Shown in pieces: positions 21,406 through 34,330 of a stretch of DNA of 64,000 nt; the stretch's first letter is position 1; each line of letters opens with the position of its first letter. The notes under the pieces are model-generated. The model was not told the DNA's origin. It saw nothing but the letters and a program-made list of their open reading frames with translations, and made no database searches. The position numbers and the translations under genes were made by a program. The stretch is from a virus. Its lineage: Duplodnaviria; Caudoviricetes. The DNA lies in the IMG/VR virus record IMGVR_UViG_2588253764_000003. The stretch is one strand, 5' to 3'.

Positions 21406-21636
21406 AAAGGCAGCAAAGTTTATATTGAAGGACAACTTCAAACGCGTAAATGGCAAGATAAAAACGGTATTGACCGGTTCGTAACAGAAGTCATTTTGCC
21501 TAAGTACAAAGGCGACTTAAAGCTCTTAGATGGTAAAAATGATGATAATCAAGAGCAATCATCCCCTTATGACAGAAGCATTTACAGACCTCTTGATACA
21601 CCCCATACCGTTATGAATGATGATGTTCCTTTTTAA
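21406..21636 (+). pseudogene. ssb: ssb 3' part
   Basis: Reads [31 protein letters not shown], including the acidic SSB tail; in frame with the 5' part through AAAGGCAG. Confidence 0.92.
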
Positions 21637-21651
21637 ACGAAAGGCGGTGTT

Positions 21652-22176
21652 GTGAAAAAAAACAAGAGGGGACGCCCTAAAATAACAGGGCAGCTAAGAG
21701 AAGCCAATGGGCGTATATCACGTTGCAAAACACCTCGTGAAGCTGCTGATCAATTGGCAATAGAAATACGTGCAAAGCGCTTCGGCTTAACGCTATACGA
21801 GGCAAAAAATCCACTTTCTGGTTCTTATATAGGGCGGCTTTGCTTGCAAGGTGTGCTTACACAAGAGCAATATGACGCCGCGCAACAGTATTTACAGATA
21901 AGAAACAACTACCTTTGTGCAAAAGGATTGCCTAATGCGATTTATGATGATGTGTCTACAAATTCAGATCCAGATAGTTTTGAACAATGGGTTCAAAAAG
22001 CAACAAATCGCTATCAAGCCGTACAAGAGGCATTAAAAGAAACCCAATGCCTCTATAGACAGTATAATCTTCATGCTGCGCTACAGTACCTCGTGATAGA
22101 AGATCAAATGCTACCACATCTTGTGAACTCATTGCGAGTTGCTCTTAATGTGCTTCAGAAGCGTTTTGATTGTTAA
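21652..22176 (+). CDS. Phage protein, possible late-gene transcription regulator
   Basis: KRGRPK..REANGRISR basic N-terminus; lies between ssb and the packaging genes. Confidence 0.6.
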   Translation: MKKNKRGRPKITGQLREANGRISRCKTPREAADQLAIEIRAKRFGLTLYEAKNPLSGSYIGRLCLQGVLTQEQYDAAQQYLQIRNNYLCAKGLPNAIYDDVSTNSDPDSFEQWVQKATNRYQAVQEALKETQCLYRQYNLHAALQYLVIEDQMLPHLVNSLRVALNVLQKRFDC

Positions 22177-22177
22177 T

Positions 22178-22912
22178 TTAAAAATTTGTTAAATATCGCT
22201 TCCATTTTTCAAAAGTGCTATATCTCACAGGTGGTCTTACATGTTCTTTGGGCATCATTTCAAGGTATACGTTTCTCGCAATAGCGCACATCATTGCTGT
22301 GTTTTGAAAACGAGTGAGTTCATTTTCTACGATCATTTGCTCTGTACGAATGGTTTGTTCTTTTCTACTAATGCCATTTGGAGAGTCTAAAAATTTTTCT
22401 GCGTATGCAAACATTGGATCATTAAAGTTGGTGTCAAATTTTGCTTTGAAGAAAATATGTTCTATATAAGCCCAATGTTTTCTATATTCCATTCCGTTAG
22501 CTTTAAAAGCTTCCAGTCTTATTGTTAAGTCATTAAATGTAAGTGTCGGCATACTTTTATCACCTTGCCATAAATCGGCAAAGCGCCCACAAAAAACAAG
22601 CAATATGTGATAATGTTTGAAAATATTAAATTCTGGAGGATTGTTTGGTAATGTTATTAAATACTTCCAAAATGGGCTATTATCATGGGGTATGTCTACA
22701 GTCTCTTCCATCTGCGTTTTTAAAAATTTTATCGATTCTTTTGCTTTTGCTAATTTCTTGTGGTATTCTAAGTTTTTATAATTTTTATGCACATATTCTT
22801 CGTAAAGTCTATCGTATTGTTCTAAACTATCTATGCTAGTATAGCTTGATAATACTGATATCGAAAATAAAGCTATAAATATTACTACGAGCATTATGGA
22901 TAATAGCTTCAT
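22178..22912 (-). CDS. Moron-like exported or membrane-anchored hypothetical protein
   Basis: N-terminal hydrophobic signal/TM segment; AT-rich; opposite strand to the phage genes. Confidence 0.7.
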   Translation of the reverse strand: MKLLSIMLVVIFIALFSISVLSSYTSIDSLEQYDRLYEEYVHKNYKNLEYHKKLAKAKESIKFLKTQMEETVDIPHDNSPFWKYLITLPNNPPEFNIFKHYHILLVFCGRFADLWQGDKSMPTLTFNDLTIRLEAFKANGMEYRKHWAYIEHIFFKAKFDTNFNDPMFAYAEKFLDSPNGISRKEQTIRTEQMIVENELTRFQNTAMMCAIARNVYLEMMPKEHVRPPVRYSTFEKWKRYLTNF

Positions 22913-23072
22913 TATTTAATCCTTTAAACTATCATAATTAACGCTGTCTAACAGATTCCCTTTGAAATTATCAATATGTGTTATTTTTATGTTGACAAAG
23001 TGTTTCAAATCGTATTTAATGACAAATACGGCACTGGTCGTACTGTATCTAAATGAGGGTGTGGTACAGTCG

Positions 23073-23100
23073 AAAATCCCCGCATTTGCGGGGTTTTTTA
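23073..23100 (+). terminator. Intrinsic terminator upstream of terS
   Basis: AAAATCCCCGCATTTGCGGGGTTTTTT. Confidence 0.6.
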
Positions 23101-23120
23101 TTATCTGGAGGGTGTATTTT

Positions 23121-23234
23121 ATGACATCACAAAATACAGAACAGATTTCTCAAACAAAGAAAAAATATAAACCCCCTAAGGCAGGAATGGGGCGGGTTAA
23201 AGGTGTACCCAATAAGAATACACATTGTAAATAA
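23121..23234 (+). pseudogene. Putative terminase small subunit, 5' part (interrupted by element 2)
   Basis: GGAGG RBS; MTSQ..GMGRVKGVPNKNT with the GRxKGxPNK motif common in small terminase N-termini. Confidence 0.8.
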
Positions 23235-24768
23235 AAACACAATAAAGTCAATATGTTATTTGCAATTATTTTATATGAATCCACTTAAGAATCCACACTT
23301 TTATGCATGATTCATTTGACCATTTTTTATATAAGATTGCCATGTATGAATAGACCATAAAAAGCAAATCATGATGTAAATATTATAACGCATGTAAACG
23401 TTCAAATGAAATGAAAAGCAGTTATCACTCATAACAGTTTATAAATTTTATGATACGTTTTTATCACAGCACAAATCGCATTGTTTAAAATTTAATCGTT
23501 TGGAATTATCGATAACATACGTTTTAAAGATTACTTCTTATTTTAAAGATTGGATTGTTAATCGCATAAAATAACAAATTAACGTTCGCCAAAATTGGCG
23601 AGCGCAAAATCTAAAGAGTGTTATAGCAATATTAGATCATTCTATAAGAGGGTAATCGTTTGAAACTGCTATAAGGTAAATTGTATCAAAAGATAGGCAT
23701 TTATAGAAAATAGAGATCATATAATTTTTCCCAAAATTGGGAAAAACCTTTAAAATGGCATTAAAGAAATTAACTGTTTGAAGCATTCATAAGCTTATAG
23801 GATTAATTCATAAAGATTGCACAAAGGATTTAAAGACAAGATTGATTTTATAACCACGGTATTTTTTTACCGCGGTAGGAAATAAACAGATAATGAAATT
23901 CAAAACGTTATATCTTATGAAATCAAAAGCCTTTTAATGAATATAGTGCAAGCAAGTGAGCAAAAAACGTTTTAAAAGTTATCGTTTTAAAATATGAAAC
24001 CAAATGAGATCTCCTCAAATTTGAGGGCATCTATTTTAGACAAAGATAAGCAAGTAAAATTCAAAACCGTTGTAACATCATAAGGCATAGGATTTACTTA
24101 ATTTTGCTAGCCAAATAGAGCAATTAATTTGCAAAGAAGCTTTGTTTAAAATACGCTTATTATGAAAGCCTTTCTAAATGAATGTTTAAACGTTTGAAAC
24201 GGATGTTTATAATAATTTTTAAAACCTTCCATTTGATAAAAGCAGTTGTTTATTGTCTTATGAGAGCTTGTTTTGAAAAATTAACGCTCGTAAATGTAAA
24301 AAGAACGTTTTTAAAAAAGATATTAGTCTAATAGGCATTTTCTTTTGATTGAATTGATAAAGCTACCAAACGTTTTAATATGTTTTGATTTTAGAAAATG
24401 CGTTATTTGAAATTCACTCAACTCAATTTTGAGCTTAGTGTTTTAAAATGTTTTAAAGAAGCATCTTGATTATGGGCTTTGTTTTAAATGCATCTCTTTA
24501 AGATAAAGACATTCTCATTCAAAAGAGTGATTAAAGATCATATGCATAATTTACGTTCCTTTTGATAAGTTTTCATATTTTTAATAGAGCACTTGAAATA
24601 TGATACATTTTTTATATATGCATTCATTACTCCATTGTAGGTGGTTATTTTTATCATAAGAATCATTCTTTGAAAGCCGCGTCATATCATTTGGCACGGC
24701 TTTCTTTTATGAATTCTCTCTTTTATGATACGTTTATAGCTATCAAGAAGGCGCTCCCATACCTATTT

Positions 24769-25548
24769 TTATTCTGTTTTATCAATAATCTTAACGACAT
24801 TATCGCTTTGATAAACCTCACAATTTTTGGGAACTAACTTTGCTTTGCTTTTTGTATTGATTGTTGCATTGCCATAAGCACGCCCCCAGATCGTTGCACA
24901 ATGTAAGATTTTTGCATTGCCATAGACAGAGCCATAAACCTCACAAGAGCCCCCCACGCGCGCATTGCCATAGACCTTGCCATAAATCTTTGCACGACCA
25001 TTAATCACAGCATAATTATAAATTTTCGCATGGCTATAAATACAAGCAGAGCCACAAACCCTAGCATGACCATAGACGCGTGCATAACTAAAAACCGTAG
25101 CATCATAAGAAACATGGGCATGGTCATAAATATGAGCATCAGCAAGAACGCGGGCAGCACCACTCACATGAGCATTGCCATAAACATTGCCATACACATG
25201 AGCACTCCCATAAACACAAGCCTGATCATAAATCTTTGCATATTGAGAGATAAAAGCCTTGCTATAGACCTCAGCATTGCCATAGACGAGACCACAGACT
25301 TGAGAATAATGCCGTATTTTTGCATCATCATAAACACGGGCATGACCATAGACACAAGCCTCATCATAGACCCAGCAATTGCCATCATGGGATAGGTTGA
25401 CTTCCTTTTCGATAAAACCGCCTAAAGCACCCGCTTTTATATCATCAAAATCTCTTAAAGCCCGAATGCGATAAAGGCTTGTGATATTTCGCGTAAGAGC
25501 ATGTTTGATTTTTTTGATTTCACTGGTTAATTCGTATTTTTTGCACAT
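24769..25548 (-). CDS. Hexapeptide-repeat LbH protein (type D)
   Basis: Near-identical to 7042-7821. Confidence 0.88.
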   Translation of the reverse strand: MCKKYELTSEIKKIKHALTRNITSLYRIRALRDFDDIKAGALGGFIEKEVNLSHDGNCWVYDEACVYGHARVYDDAKIRHYSQVCGLVYGNAEVYSKAFISQYAKIYDQACVYGSAHVYGNVYGNAHVSGAARVLADAHIYDHAHVSYDATVFSYARVYGHARVCGSACIYSHAKIYNYAVINGRAKIYGKVYGNARVGGSCEVYGSVYGNAKILHCATIWGRAYGNATINTKSKAKLVPKNCEVYQSDNVVKIIDKTE

Positions 25549-25661
25549 AGGAGTACCCTCACAATCTAATGTGATAAACAGTTGATAAAATTTGAAATGG
25601 AAAATTTATTTTGAAAGCAGGCGCCCCCGCCGCGCCCGCATTTTATTTACGTTACATTAGG

Positions 25662-26240
25662 TTAGACCCATACAATTTCTAACTCACCATAAGGAGAGAG
25701 ACGTTCAGTATAGGTTTTTATTTTAGTAGAGCCGCCGACATTTTCACGAATAACAGCAATGCCATGGATATGAGCATTTTCATAAATATGCACGTCATTT
25801 GCTATACGAGCGTTTTCATAAACCCTAGCATTGTCATAAACATAAGCATTATCATAAATAATAGCCTTGCCATAGACATGAGCATTGCCATAGACACGGG
25901 AATTATCAGAAACAACGGCATTGCCATAAACATGCGCATTATCATAAATATAGCCAGCAGCGATAGCATTCTCATAAACGCAGGCATGACCATAGATATG
26001 ACCACAAGCGACAGCCTTGCCAAAAACCCTTGCGTTTTCATAAACGTGACCATTTTTAAACACAAGAGCATCATCATAGACCCAGCAATTGCCATCATGA
26101 GAGAGGTTATCTTCCTTTTCGATAAAGCCCCCCAAGGCACCAGCTTTAACATCAGCAAAGTCTTTTAATGCTTGGATACGATAAAGGGTATGATTACCAA
26201 ATACACGCGTTTCATTTGTGAGTGCAAACTTTTTTTGCAT
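25662..26240 (-). CDS. Hexapeptide-repeat LbH protein (type C)
   Basis: Near-identical to 7927-8505. Confidence 0.88.
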   Translation of the reverse strand: MQKKFALTNETRVFGNHTLYRIQALKDFADVKAGALGGFIEKEDNLSHDGNCWVYDDALVFKNGHVYENARVFGKAVACGHIYGHACVYENAIAAGYIYDNAHVYGNAVVSDNSRVYGNAHVYGKAIIYDNAYVYDNARVYENARIANDVHIYENAHIHGIAVIRENVGGSTKIKTYTERLSPYGELEIVWV

Positions 26241-26322
26241 GGCACAATTCCTTTATAAAGAAGATTAAATTTTAGAATGAGATTTTTAAAGAGGGGCGCC
26301 CCCGCCGCGCCCGCGCCATTAT

Positions 26323-26985
26323 TTACGCAGCGTTATTTTCAATAATCTTTACAACGTTATTGCCTTCATAAACCTCACAATTTATGGGAACCGAACATAA
26401 ACCGCTATGTCTTTTTATCCTTGCATTGCCATAAACATTACCTCTAATCACGATATAACTAGAGATTTTTGCATTGCCATAAACAGAGCCATAAACATCA
26501 GTATGACAGCCCACGCTAGCATTCCCATAAACCTTGCCATAAATTTTTGCAGCGCCACTGATAACAGCATGATCATAAACCACAGCATTCCTATGAATAC
26601 GAGCGCTTCCTGATAATTTTGCATTGCCATAAACCCGCGCCTGATGATAAACCCAAGCATTATAAGAAAGATGCGCATTGTCATAAACATGAGCATTTGC
26701 ATAAACGCGGGCGTGATCACAGACATGAGCATTGCCATAAACAAAGCCCATTATAATAGCGTTATTAAAAACCTTGGCATTTTCATAAATATGGGCAGGA
26801 TTTAAAACAAGAGCATCATTATAGACCCAGCAGTTGCCATCATGAGAGAGATTGTTTTCACTTTCAATAAAGCCACCCAATTGACCAGCTTTAACATCAT
26901 CAAAATCTCTTAAAGCACGAATGCGATAAAGAGTTTGATTATTAAATACACGTGTCTCATTTGTGAGTGCAAACTTCTTTTGCAT
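26323..26985 (-). CDS. Hexapeptide-repeat LbH protein (C-like N-terminus, D-like C-terminus)
   Basis: Starts MQKKFALTNETRVF and ends NCEVYEGNNVVKII. Confidence 0.88.
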   Translation of the reverse strand: MQKKFALTNETRVFNNQTLYRIRALRDFDDVKAGQLGGFIESENNLSHDGNCWVYNDALVLNPAHIYENAKVFNNAIIMGFVYGNAHVCDHARVYANAHVYDNAHLSYNAWVYHQARVYGNAKLSGSARIHRNAVVYDHAVISGAAKIYGKVYGNASVGCHTDVYGSVYGNAKISSYIVIRGNVYGNARIKRHSGLCSVPINCEVYEGNNVVKIIENNAA

Positions 26986-27065
26986 AACACTATTCCTTTA
27001 TAAGAAGATTAAATTTTAAATGAAATGTTTTAAAGAGGGGCGCCCCCGCCGCGCCCGCGCATTAT

Positions 27066-27701
27066 TTACGCAGCGTCTTTTATAGACTGGTCATTATAGA
27101 CAATTTCTTTACTACAGACTTCAATATTATTGCGAACCCAAGTGTCACCTTTGATAACCGCATTGCGAAAAATCTTTACATTTGGAAAAATACAAGCATA
27201 TCCGGAAATTTTCGCATTATCATAAATTTTTGTATCATTAAAAACACAAGCGTAATAATGAACATGAGCATTACCAAAAATATGAGCATCCGGATAAATA
27301 CGTGCAAAGCCATACACATGAGCATTGCCATAAATATGGCCAGCCACAACCGCCTTGCCATAAACCCTTGCATTTTCATAAATACAAGCAATATTGTTCA
27401 CATGGGCATAACCACTTACAACGGCATTATCGTAAACCCTTGCATTGCTATAAACCTTAGCTTTACCGCCAACCCAACAATTGCCATCATGGGATAAATT
27501 ACTTTCACCTTGTATAAACCCGCCTAACTCACCTTTTTTGACGTCTCCAAAATCTCTTAAAGCTCTAATTCTATGAAGTGTTTTAAAGCCAACCTCTATT
27601 GTTTCACCTGTAAATTCGTATTTTTTTGCAGGCTCTTGTTGATTAACAGGCGCGGTTGCATTTGAAGATATAATGGGGGAGTTTTTTGATATATTTGTCA
27701 T
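27066..27701 (-). CDS. Hexapeptide-repeat LbH protein (first gene of array)
   Basis: Same family; near-identical to 45091-45732. Confidence 0.88.
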   Translation of the reverse strand: MTNISKNSPIISSNATAPVNQQEPAKKYEFTGETIEVGFKTLHRIRALRDFGDVKKGELGGFIQGESNLSHDGNCWVGGKAKVYSNARVYDNAVVSGYAHVNNIACIYENARVYGKAVVAGHIYGNAHVYGFARIYPDAHIFGNAHVHYYACVFNDTKIYDNAKISGYACIFPNVKIFRNAVIKGDTWVRNNIEVCSKEIVYNDQSIKDAA

Positions 27702-27749
27702 ATTTAAATCCTACATGATTTAGTGTTTTCAATTGACAGCCTATAAAGG

Positions 27750-27831
27750 CGCCGGGCGTTGAAAACACGGCATGTAGTCCGTTGTTATGCCTTCCTCATA
27801 AGAGTATTGTATAGCATAACCACACCCGACA
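27750..27831 (-). ncRNA. C4/CI-like antisense RNA (element 2, word CTACATG)
   Basis: Targets TGAAAACAC..CATGTAG at 27910-27929 and 27711-27731. Confidence 0.75.
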
Positions 27832-28467
27832 AAATCACTATATATGCTAACTAGAGCATAAAAAATAGTCAATTTTTATAACAGGATTAGGTTTATCGCA
27901 ACCTCTTCGCTACATGTTTAGTGTTTTCATCACTTGATTATTTATATAACAAAATACGTATTTATTGTCAAATAATATTTTATCTTTTTTGATATTTTTT
28001 GTATTTTTTTAAATGCATTGTGTATTGATAATATCTTATGCTTATGAATTGCTTCTTTTATATTTATATGCTTTTAAAGCTATATTATAGGCTTTCTGAA
28101 ACAATGGCGTTATTTTTTGAATCTATACATTTATAATATTTAGAAAGGCTCTCATAATGCGTTTTTTTAACTTTATAACCTATCAGTTTTTTTCACTAAA
28201 TGAATTTTAATTTTTTTGTGAATTTTGTTTATAACATATTTGCAACTTAACTGCTTTTATAGAGATGGTCTTTATAACCAATGTTTTCATTTGCATTATG
28301 ATTATAAAACCTTCTTTATAACTGTTATCTGTTTTATAGCCATCGCATCATTTTTCATTTTCATAAGAGAAACGATAAATAGGATAATTACGATTTATAG
28401 ACTGTTATGAAAATATCTAAAGAGAGATTGATAATTATAGAGATTAGAAAAATCCCTTTTAATAGGC

Positions 28468-29092
28468 TTTTGACAGTGTTGTCAGTTTTGTCAGTTCTTT
28501 TTAGACCCTCTATTATTCTTTTTAAATGCGTAAAAACTAAAAACATTATATATCAATAGGTTAATGTCTTTAAAACACAACCCATATCAAAAATACAATC
28601 TTTAAAGATAACCAATGATATGAATTGATTAAAACCTGTCAGTTATCTGTCAGTAAATTGAACCGACAAAAGTGAGTGATTAAAGCGTGTCTTATGAAAA
28701 GCGTATGAAAGTAAAAACTGATTACGTTATCAAAATCCTTTTTATGAATTTTGTCAGTTCTTTTGAATGATAACCTTATGATTTAGAGAATTGATTACAA
28801 CGTGCTTTTATGAAAGCATGTGACCCTTTAAAACCTTTCAAAAGATAGCTTATAACTCATAAGAGATGCTATCAAGATCATTATGGTTATGAGTTTTGAA
28901 GGGGTTTTGAGTTTTGAGGGTTGCTGCTATTATGTAAAAAAACGATAAAAAGTAAAAACATTATATTTCAATAGGTTAATATTTTATAGACCTTAAAAAA
29001 ACAACCTATATTGATAACACAACCTATAAATTCAACCAATAATATACGTTTTGAGGGGGTTTTGACGGTTTTTACACCTTCAAAACCTATAA
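28468..29092. repeat. Iteron-like/IHF modules of element 2
   Basis: Homologous to 10945-11465. Confidence 0.5.
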
Positions 29093-29342
29093 GCAAAATG
29101 AATATACATAACTCTCTTTAAACAAAGCTTTTGAAAACAATAAAGCTATCATTTTAGATTACGGTATGACCTCTTAAAGGCAATTCAAAAGAAGTGTATT
29201 CACTTTAAGAGTGGGTTTCTTTTTAGAATAACGCATATTAGGATTGTATCTAATCAACTTAACAAAAGAGGTATAGATTATGGTTATAAGCTCTATACCC
29301 CTTATGCGTTTATCATACCCATTATGTGAGCATGTTTTTAAG

Positions 29343-32300
29343 CTATTCAATTTCTCTTAATACCAAATTTGGTAAGTTCTTAACGATTTTCATTGTCTCT
29401 AAACTTACGGTAATAACCCTTTGAAATAACTCTAGAGGGTAGGCAGGGTTGCCAACGGTTTCAACAGCATAGCGATTAGCATCATTCACAATACCACTCT
29501 TTTTATCAGTCTTTACACATTGACGCCCCATAACCCATTCAAGAGCAGGCTTGCCATTGACTATATACTCATAAGCTTCAAGAGGGATATCTGTCATAAT
29601 GATATTGCTGTTATAAATGACAGTTGATTTATCCTTTTCGGATTTTCCTTTCTCTTTAGCTGCTTTTGCGAATTTCATTTCAGTTACATAATAGAATTTT
29701 TCGGGATTAGAAATCTTTGTTAGTTTTGGATTACCTTTTTTAAAGGTCACTGGATAAGGTTCTATGCTTTCGTAATTCACATGCAAATGACCCAATTCAC
29801 GTCCTGCTGTTACAAATTTCCAAAAATCATCAGCACTCTTTACACAAGGAATGCGAGGTAATTCTTTGCATAAATTATCAGCATAACGAGAGCGATAATC
29901 TTCCGAATGCAAAAGACCGTAAACATAATAGAATAGATCATCTTTTGTTATGGTGTCATTAGGATAAGCAGCTTTAAAATGGTCTAGACCTTCATCAGTA
30001 ATAGCATCACGCTTCTGTAAACCAGTTGTTTGGTTTTCCTCTATAGAGTTTGTAAATAAATGGGATTGTTTTTCATTTTTACTTTTTGAAACCGTAGTGT
30101 CTTCATAAATATAGCGTGGAAAACATTGTCCATTTTCTATCACATGAAAATCAGATACTGTCTTAATCATAATAACAGAAAAATCTTTATTTGCTCCTAT
30201 ACCTGTAATTTGTATCACTCTATTTTCAACCGTTTGCCCTATAGGAAATATCCGCGGCATTTGATAAACTCTTTCATTGAAAACGCGATTATAATAAAAC
30301 CACTGTCGTGTAAAAGGACGGTAAAGGCTTTGTGTGAAGCATTTTTCTTCAAGTTCAAAGATTGTTTCTCTTACCAATTCTTGTTTAACATTATGACTCC
30401 AACTGATTTTTTTGGCATTCGTATTGATAAAATCATTTACAGCCCTTGTACGTGCTTTATGATCAGCATGTACATAAGTATCATTAAAACGTTCCACTTC
30501 ACTATTGTAGAATGCAATCATGTTATTCATATTCTTTGCTAAAGCTTCACGGCTTGCATTATATGCCCATGCATCACGGCTAGTGATAATTCCACAAGAA
30601 AAATTTTCAAAAAATTTTTTACCATGACCTTTTTTATCATCTTTATCACCTATAGCTAAAAATGATTTGAAACTATCATCACGTTGACTAAGCCAATCCC
30701 CATGCTTATCCGGTGTAATTATTTTCCAACCTTGTTTACTCCGTGTAATGCCATCAATACTACCAAGGGATTCTATTATCGTAAGCTTTTCTTTTCTCGT
30801 GAGAGAATCTCCAATATCACGGAAATATATTTTCCCATGTTGTTGAGATTCTGGATTTTTTACGAGAATAGAGATAGCAATAGGGGCACGAGAGCCTTCA
30901 CCAAAAATTCCATCACCTTCTTTTTTACGCGGTTCTCCAGAAATTCGTGCATTTCCCCGTAAATGGAAAATATAAAGGCTTGAAAATTCCTCAACGAGGC
31001 ATTTGCGTAAACTATCCATAGAATGTCCAGTAATAAAACCGGCATTTGTAACAAAACCAATAACACCACGGTCTTTTATACGGTCACTTGCCCAGCGAAT
31101 GGCACGTATATAGCTGTCATACAGACCTCGTATAAGACTTGCTTTCGATTGAGCCGCATAAGTTTCACTGATCCGTTTATCTAAAATCGGATAAGGAGTA
31201 TTTTTCGCATTATCGTTTTCACTCTTTTGTCCTATAGAATAAGGAGGGTTACCAAAGATAACTTCGATATTTAGTTTCTTTTGAAGTTCTAAATATTCAC
31301 TGTTTTCCTTGAGCATACCGTCTATCAAATTTTTTTCTTTAAGCGTCTGAAACGTATCAGCCAAACCAATATGCTTGAAAGGAATGTAATCACCTTTCAT
31401 CAATCCATGATAGGTTGCTTCAATGTTAATGGCTGCTATGTAATAAGCTAAGAGAACAATCTCATTGGCATGGATATCATGACGGAATTTATATTCCATA
31501 TCCTCTGGTTTGATGAGATCTGATTGTAAAAGCCTTGTGATAAAGGTACCCGTTCCAGTGAAAGGGTCGAGAATGGAGACACCCCGTGACCCCAAGCTTT
31601 TGCCAAACTCTTTACGCAACACATCATCAATAGAATGAATGATAAAATCAACAACCTCAACGGGGGTATAAACAATCCCAAGCCTATCGGTGGTTTTCTT
31701 AAATGCCTTGGTAAAAAAATCTTCATAAAGCTTGATAATAAGGTTTTGTCTTGCTTGGGGGGAGGTAATCCCAGAGGCACGGAATTTCACACTGTCATAA
31801 AACTCTTGTAACTCTTTTGATACTTGCTTGATATTGGTTTTATCCAACTCAGCTAAAATCTTTTCCATGGCTTGCGAAATGGCATTGTTTTGTACAAATT
31901 CATTGCCCTCAAACAAAGCTTCAAACACGGGACGCGTCACAAGATGTTGCGCTAACATCTCAATGGCTTCCTCTTGCTTTATTTCACTGTTTAAATTGTT
32001 CTTTAATTCTTTATGGAAGGCATCAAAGGCGTGAAAGGCTTCACTGTTTTCATCAGCAAGCAGGTTTTGAAGATGGGTGATATGGTTTTGTGCAATCTCA
32101 GCAACATTGCCAGCCCAAATGCCCCAGTAATCGGCAAGGGTAAATTTCTTAGCCAAAAGGGTTTTAAGGGCATTGGGAAACTCTTTATAAAAGGGTAATC
32201 TTCCTGTAACACTATGAATGTATTTTTGTGGTTCATAGGCTGCTTTTCCAATCTCAAGCCCCGTGCTTTCTGGTTTCTCATAAACATAGATTTTATCCTC

Positions 32301-34330
32301 AACCGCTGTCATGCTCTTTAAGGCGCTAATCTCCAAAACATCACTAACGTCTTGCCCTAAAATCATCTGGTTAAGGGTGATTTCGAAATTCTCATCATGA
32401 GCAAGCAAAGCATTGATCACTTGCCAGACAACACTGTATCTCTTGTTGTATTTTAAAGCCTCTTCAGCAGAAATCCCAGCCGGCACCCCAACGGGTAAAA
32501 TGATATAGCCTCTTTTCTTGCCTTTGGCACGGCGCATGATACGCCCCACCGCCTGTATCACATCCACTTGGCTTTTGCGCGGGTGTAAAAACATGATCGC
32601 ATCAAGAGCAGGAACATCAACACCCTCAGAAAGACATCTTACATTGGTCAGCACACGACAAGTATGCTCTCCCGCATCTTCCTTTAACCAATCAAGAGCT
32701 TCATTGCGTTTCTTGGCACTTTGTGTTCCATCAATATGCGCAAAGGTACATTGAAGAGGCGGTGTCTCTTTATAGAGTTGATGAAGATCAGACAATTCTT
32801 TCTGTATTTCTGGAGAATTGAAGGTATCACGGATACGTTCAGAGGTCTTAATATCTCTACAAAAAGCCAAAGCCCGCCGCATAGGGTTAGGGTCATCACT
32901 CAGATCAACTTTTAGATCTATTTTGCTAAGAGCTTGATAACAGCCTATGATCTTGGTTTTATCATCAAGAGTAAGTTCATAATTCTCATCGGTCATCAGA
33001 TGTTGAATGGATTCACTCACTTCCTCTTCATTAACGCCTAAGATAATAATCTTATAAGGAACTAAGAGTTCATTCTTAACGGCTTTTGAGAATGTATAGG
33101 TGTAAAGATTTTTTCCATAGAGGGCTTCATCATCCATAGACGCTAAAATGCCATTCATTTCATGGGCTTGTTTTTTAGCACTATCAGCAAAGATCTTAGG
33201 CGTTGCAGTCATATACAGACGTTTTTTACCCCGAATGATGCTGTTATCATGAACCTTGATAAATTCAGATTCATGCTTGTCTGTTCCCAATACAACCCCA
33301 GTGGTACGGTGTGCTTCATCACAAATGATCAGATCAAATTCGGGTAAATCATACTTTTTTGCGCATCCGAAATTACTTGGATTGAATGGTAAGTAGAAAA
33401 GACCACCGTCATCACATCAAGAGAGGTCTTATTGGCTTTACGCGCAAGCTCTTGTGAATCCGTGGTCGCCGGCAAGACAAGATCTGATGCATCAAGACCA
33501 GATTCATCATCCTGTTTGCCTTTACGACGCTTGCCTACTTGTGTATCCGAACACACCGCAAAGGAACGCAAGGGGATTTCTGTATCAAGGGTCCATTCAC
33601 GGATTGTTTGTGACATCAAAGCAAGGGAGGGCACTAAAAACAACACACGCTTGCCTTTTCCTGCTATGGCTTCTGCTATCTTAAGGCTCGTAAAAGTCTT
33701 GCCCGTTCCACATGCCATAATCAGCTTGCCACGGTCTGCTTCTTGTAAACCTTCACAAACTCTTTCAAGCGCTTCTATCTGATGATCTAAAAGCTTTTTT
33801 TTCGGTTGCTCTTTAAGGACGGCTTGTCCTCGTTCTTTATAAGCGCCCCAATCGATTTGACTGTTTTCTAAATCAAACAGATTAATCTGTTGAATACGAA
33901 CTTCTTGACCATCACAAGTGTTGTTAGCATTATCACTCCAATTGCTTTCGGTGCTATCAACGAGAATACGACGCGTAAAAATCTTTTTGCCTGAGGCAGC
34001 GATAAAGCTATCAATATCTTCTTTTTTAATGATGTGAGAAGCATCATAGCATTTACATTGAATGGCAGCATAGCCACCTTCATCACGGATTGTAGCCACC
34101 AGATCAATACCAATATCACGCCCATCTTCATCATGTTCCTTAGCCCATTCCAAATAAGTTTGAACCTTTTCGTATTCTTGGCATTGAAGAGGGTCTTCAG
34201 CTAAATAAACCTTTACAAGGTTTTCAAACAGCGTTCCCAATTCACGGGGTGATTTTGCTTGTCCGCGATAATATTCCAACAGAGAGCGTAGCGTGACATG
34301 TTCATGATCAGACTTAAGAGATTGCAGCAT
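29343..34330 (-). pseudogene. Type ISP RM enzyme, frameshifted (ORFs 33329-34330 and 29343-33290)
   Basis: One extra A in the A6 tract (33355-33360) would restore QKKYDLPEFDLIICDEAHRTTG; all other motifs are present. Confidence 0.88.

Larger units (their letters stand above)
5526..21413 (-). mobile_element. Integrative satellite-like element 1 (about 15.9 kb) inserted in prophage ssb
   Basis: AAAGGCAG direct repeat at 5518-5525 and 21406-21413; P4-like integrase, AlpA and DUF3987 fragment; flanks rejoin in frame to a full SSB. Confidence 0.92.

Noticed and set aside
22962-23120. N-terminal extension of the 90-aa ORF, and the TTG/ATG start of 38508-38786 as a stand-alone gene
   Set aside because: The extension spans a terminator and the RBS-supported start is 23121; 38508-38543 is element DNA fused to the terS 3' half
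33350-33365. Canonical programmed -1 ribosomal frameshift
   Set aside because: The heptamer is not in X-XXY-YYZ frame, and the other two alleles are continuous ORFs
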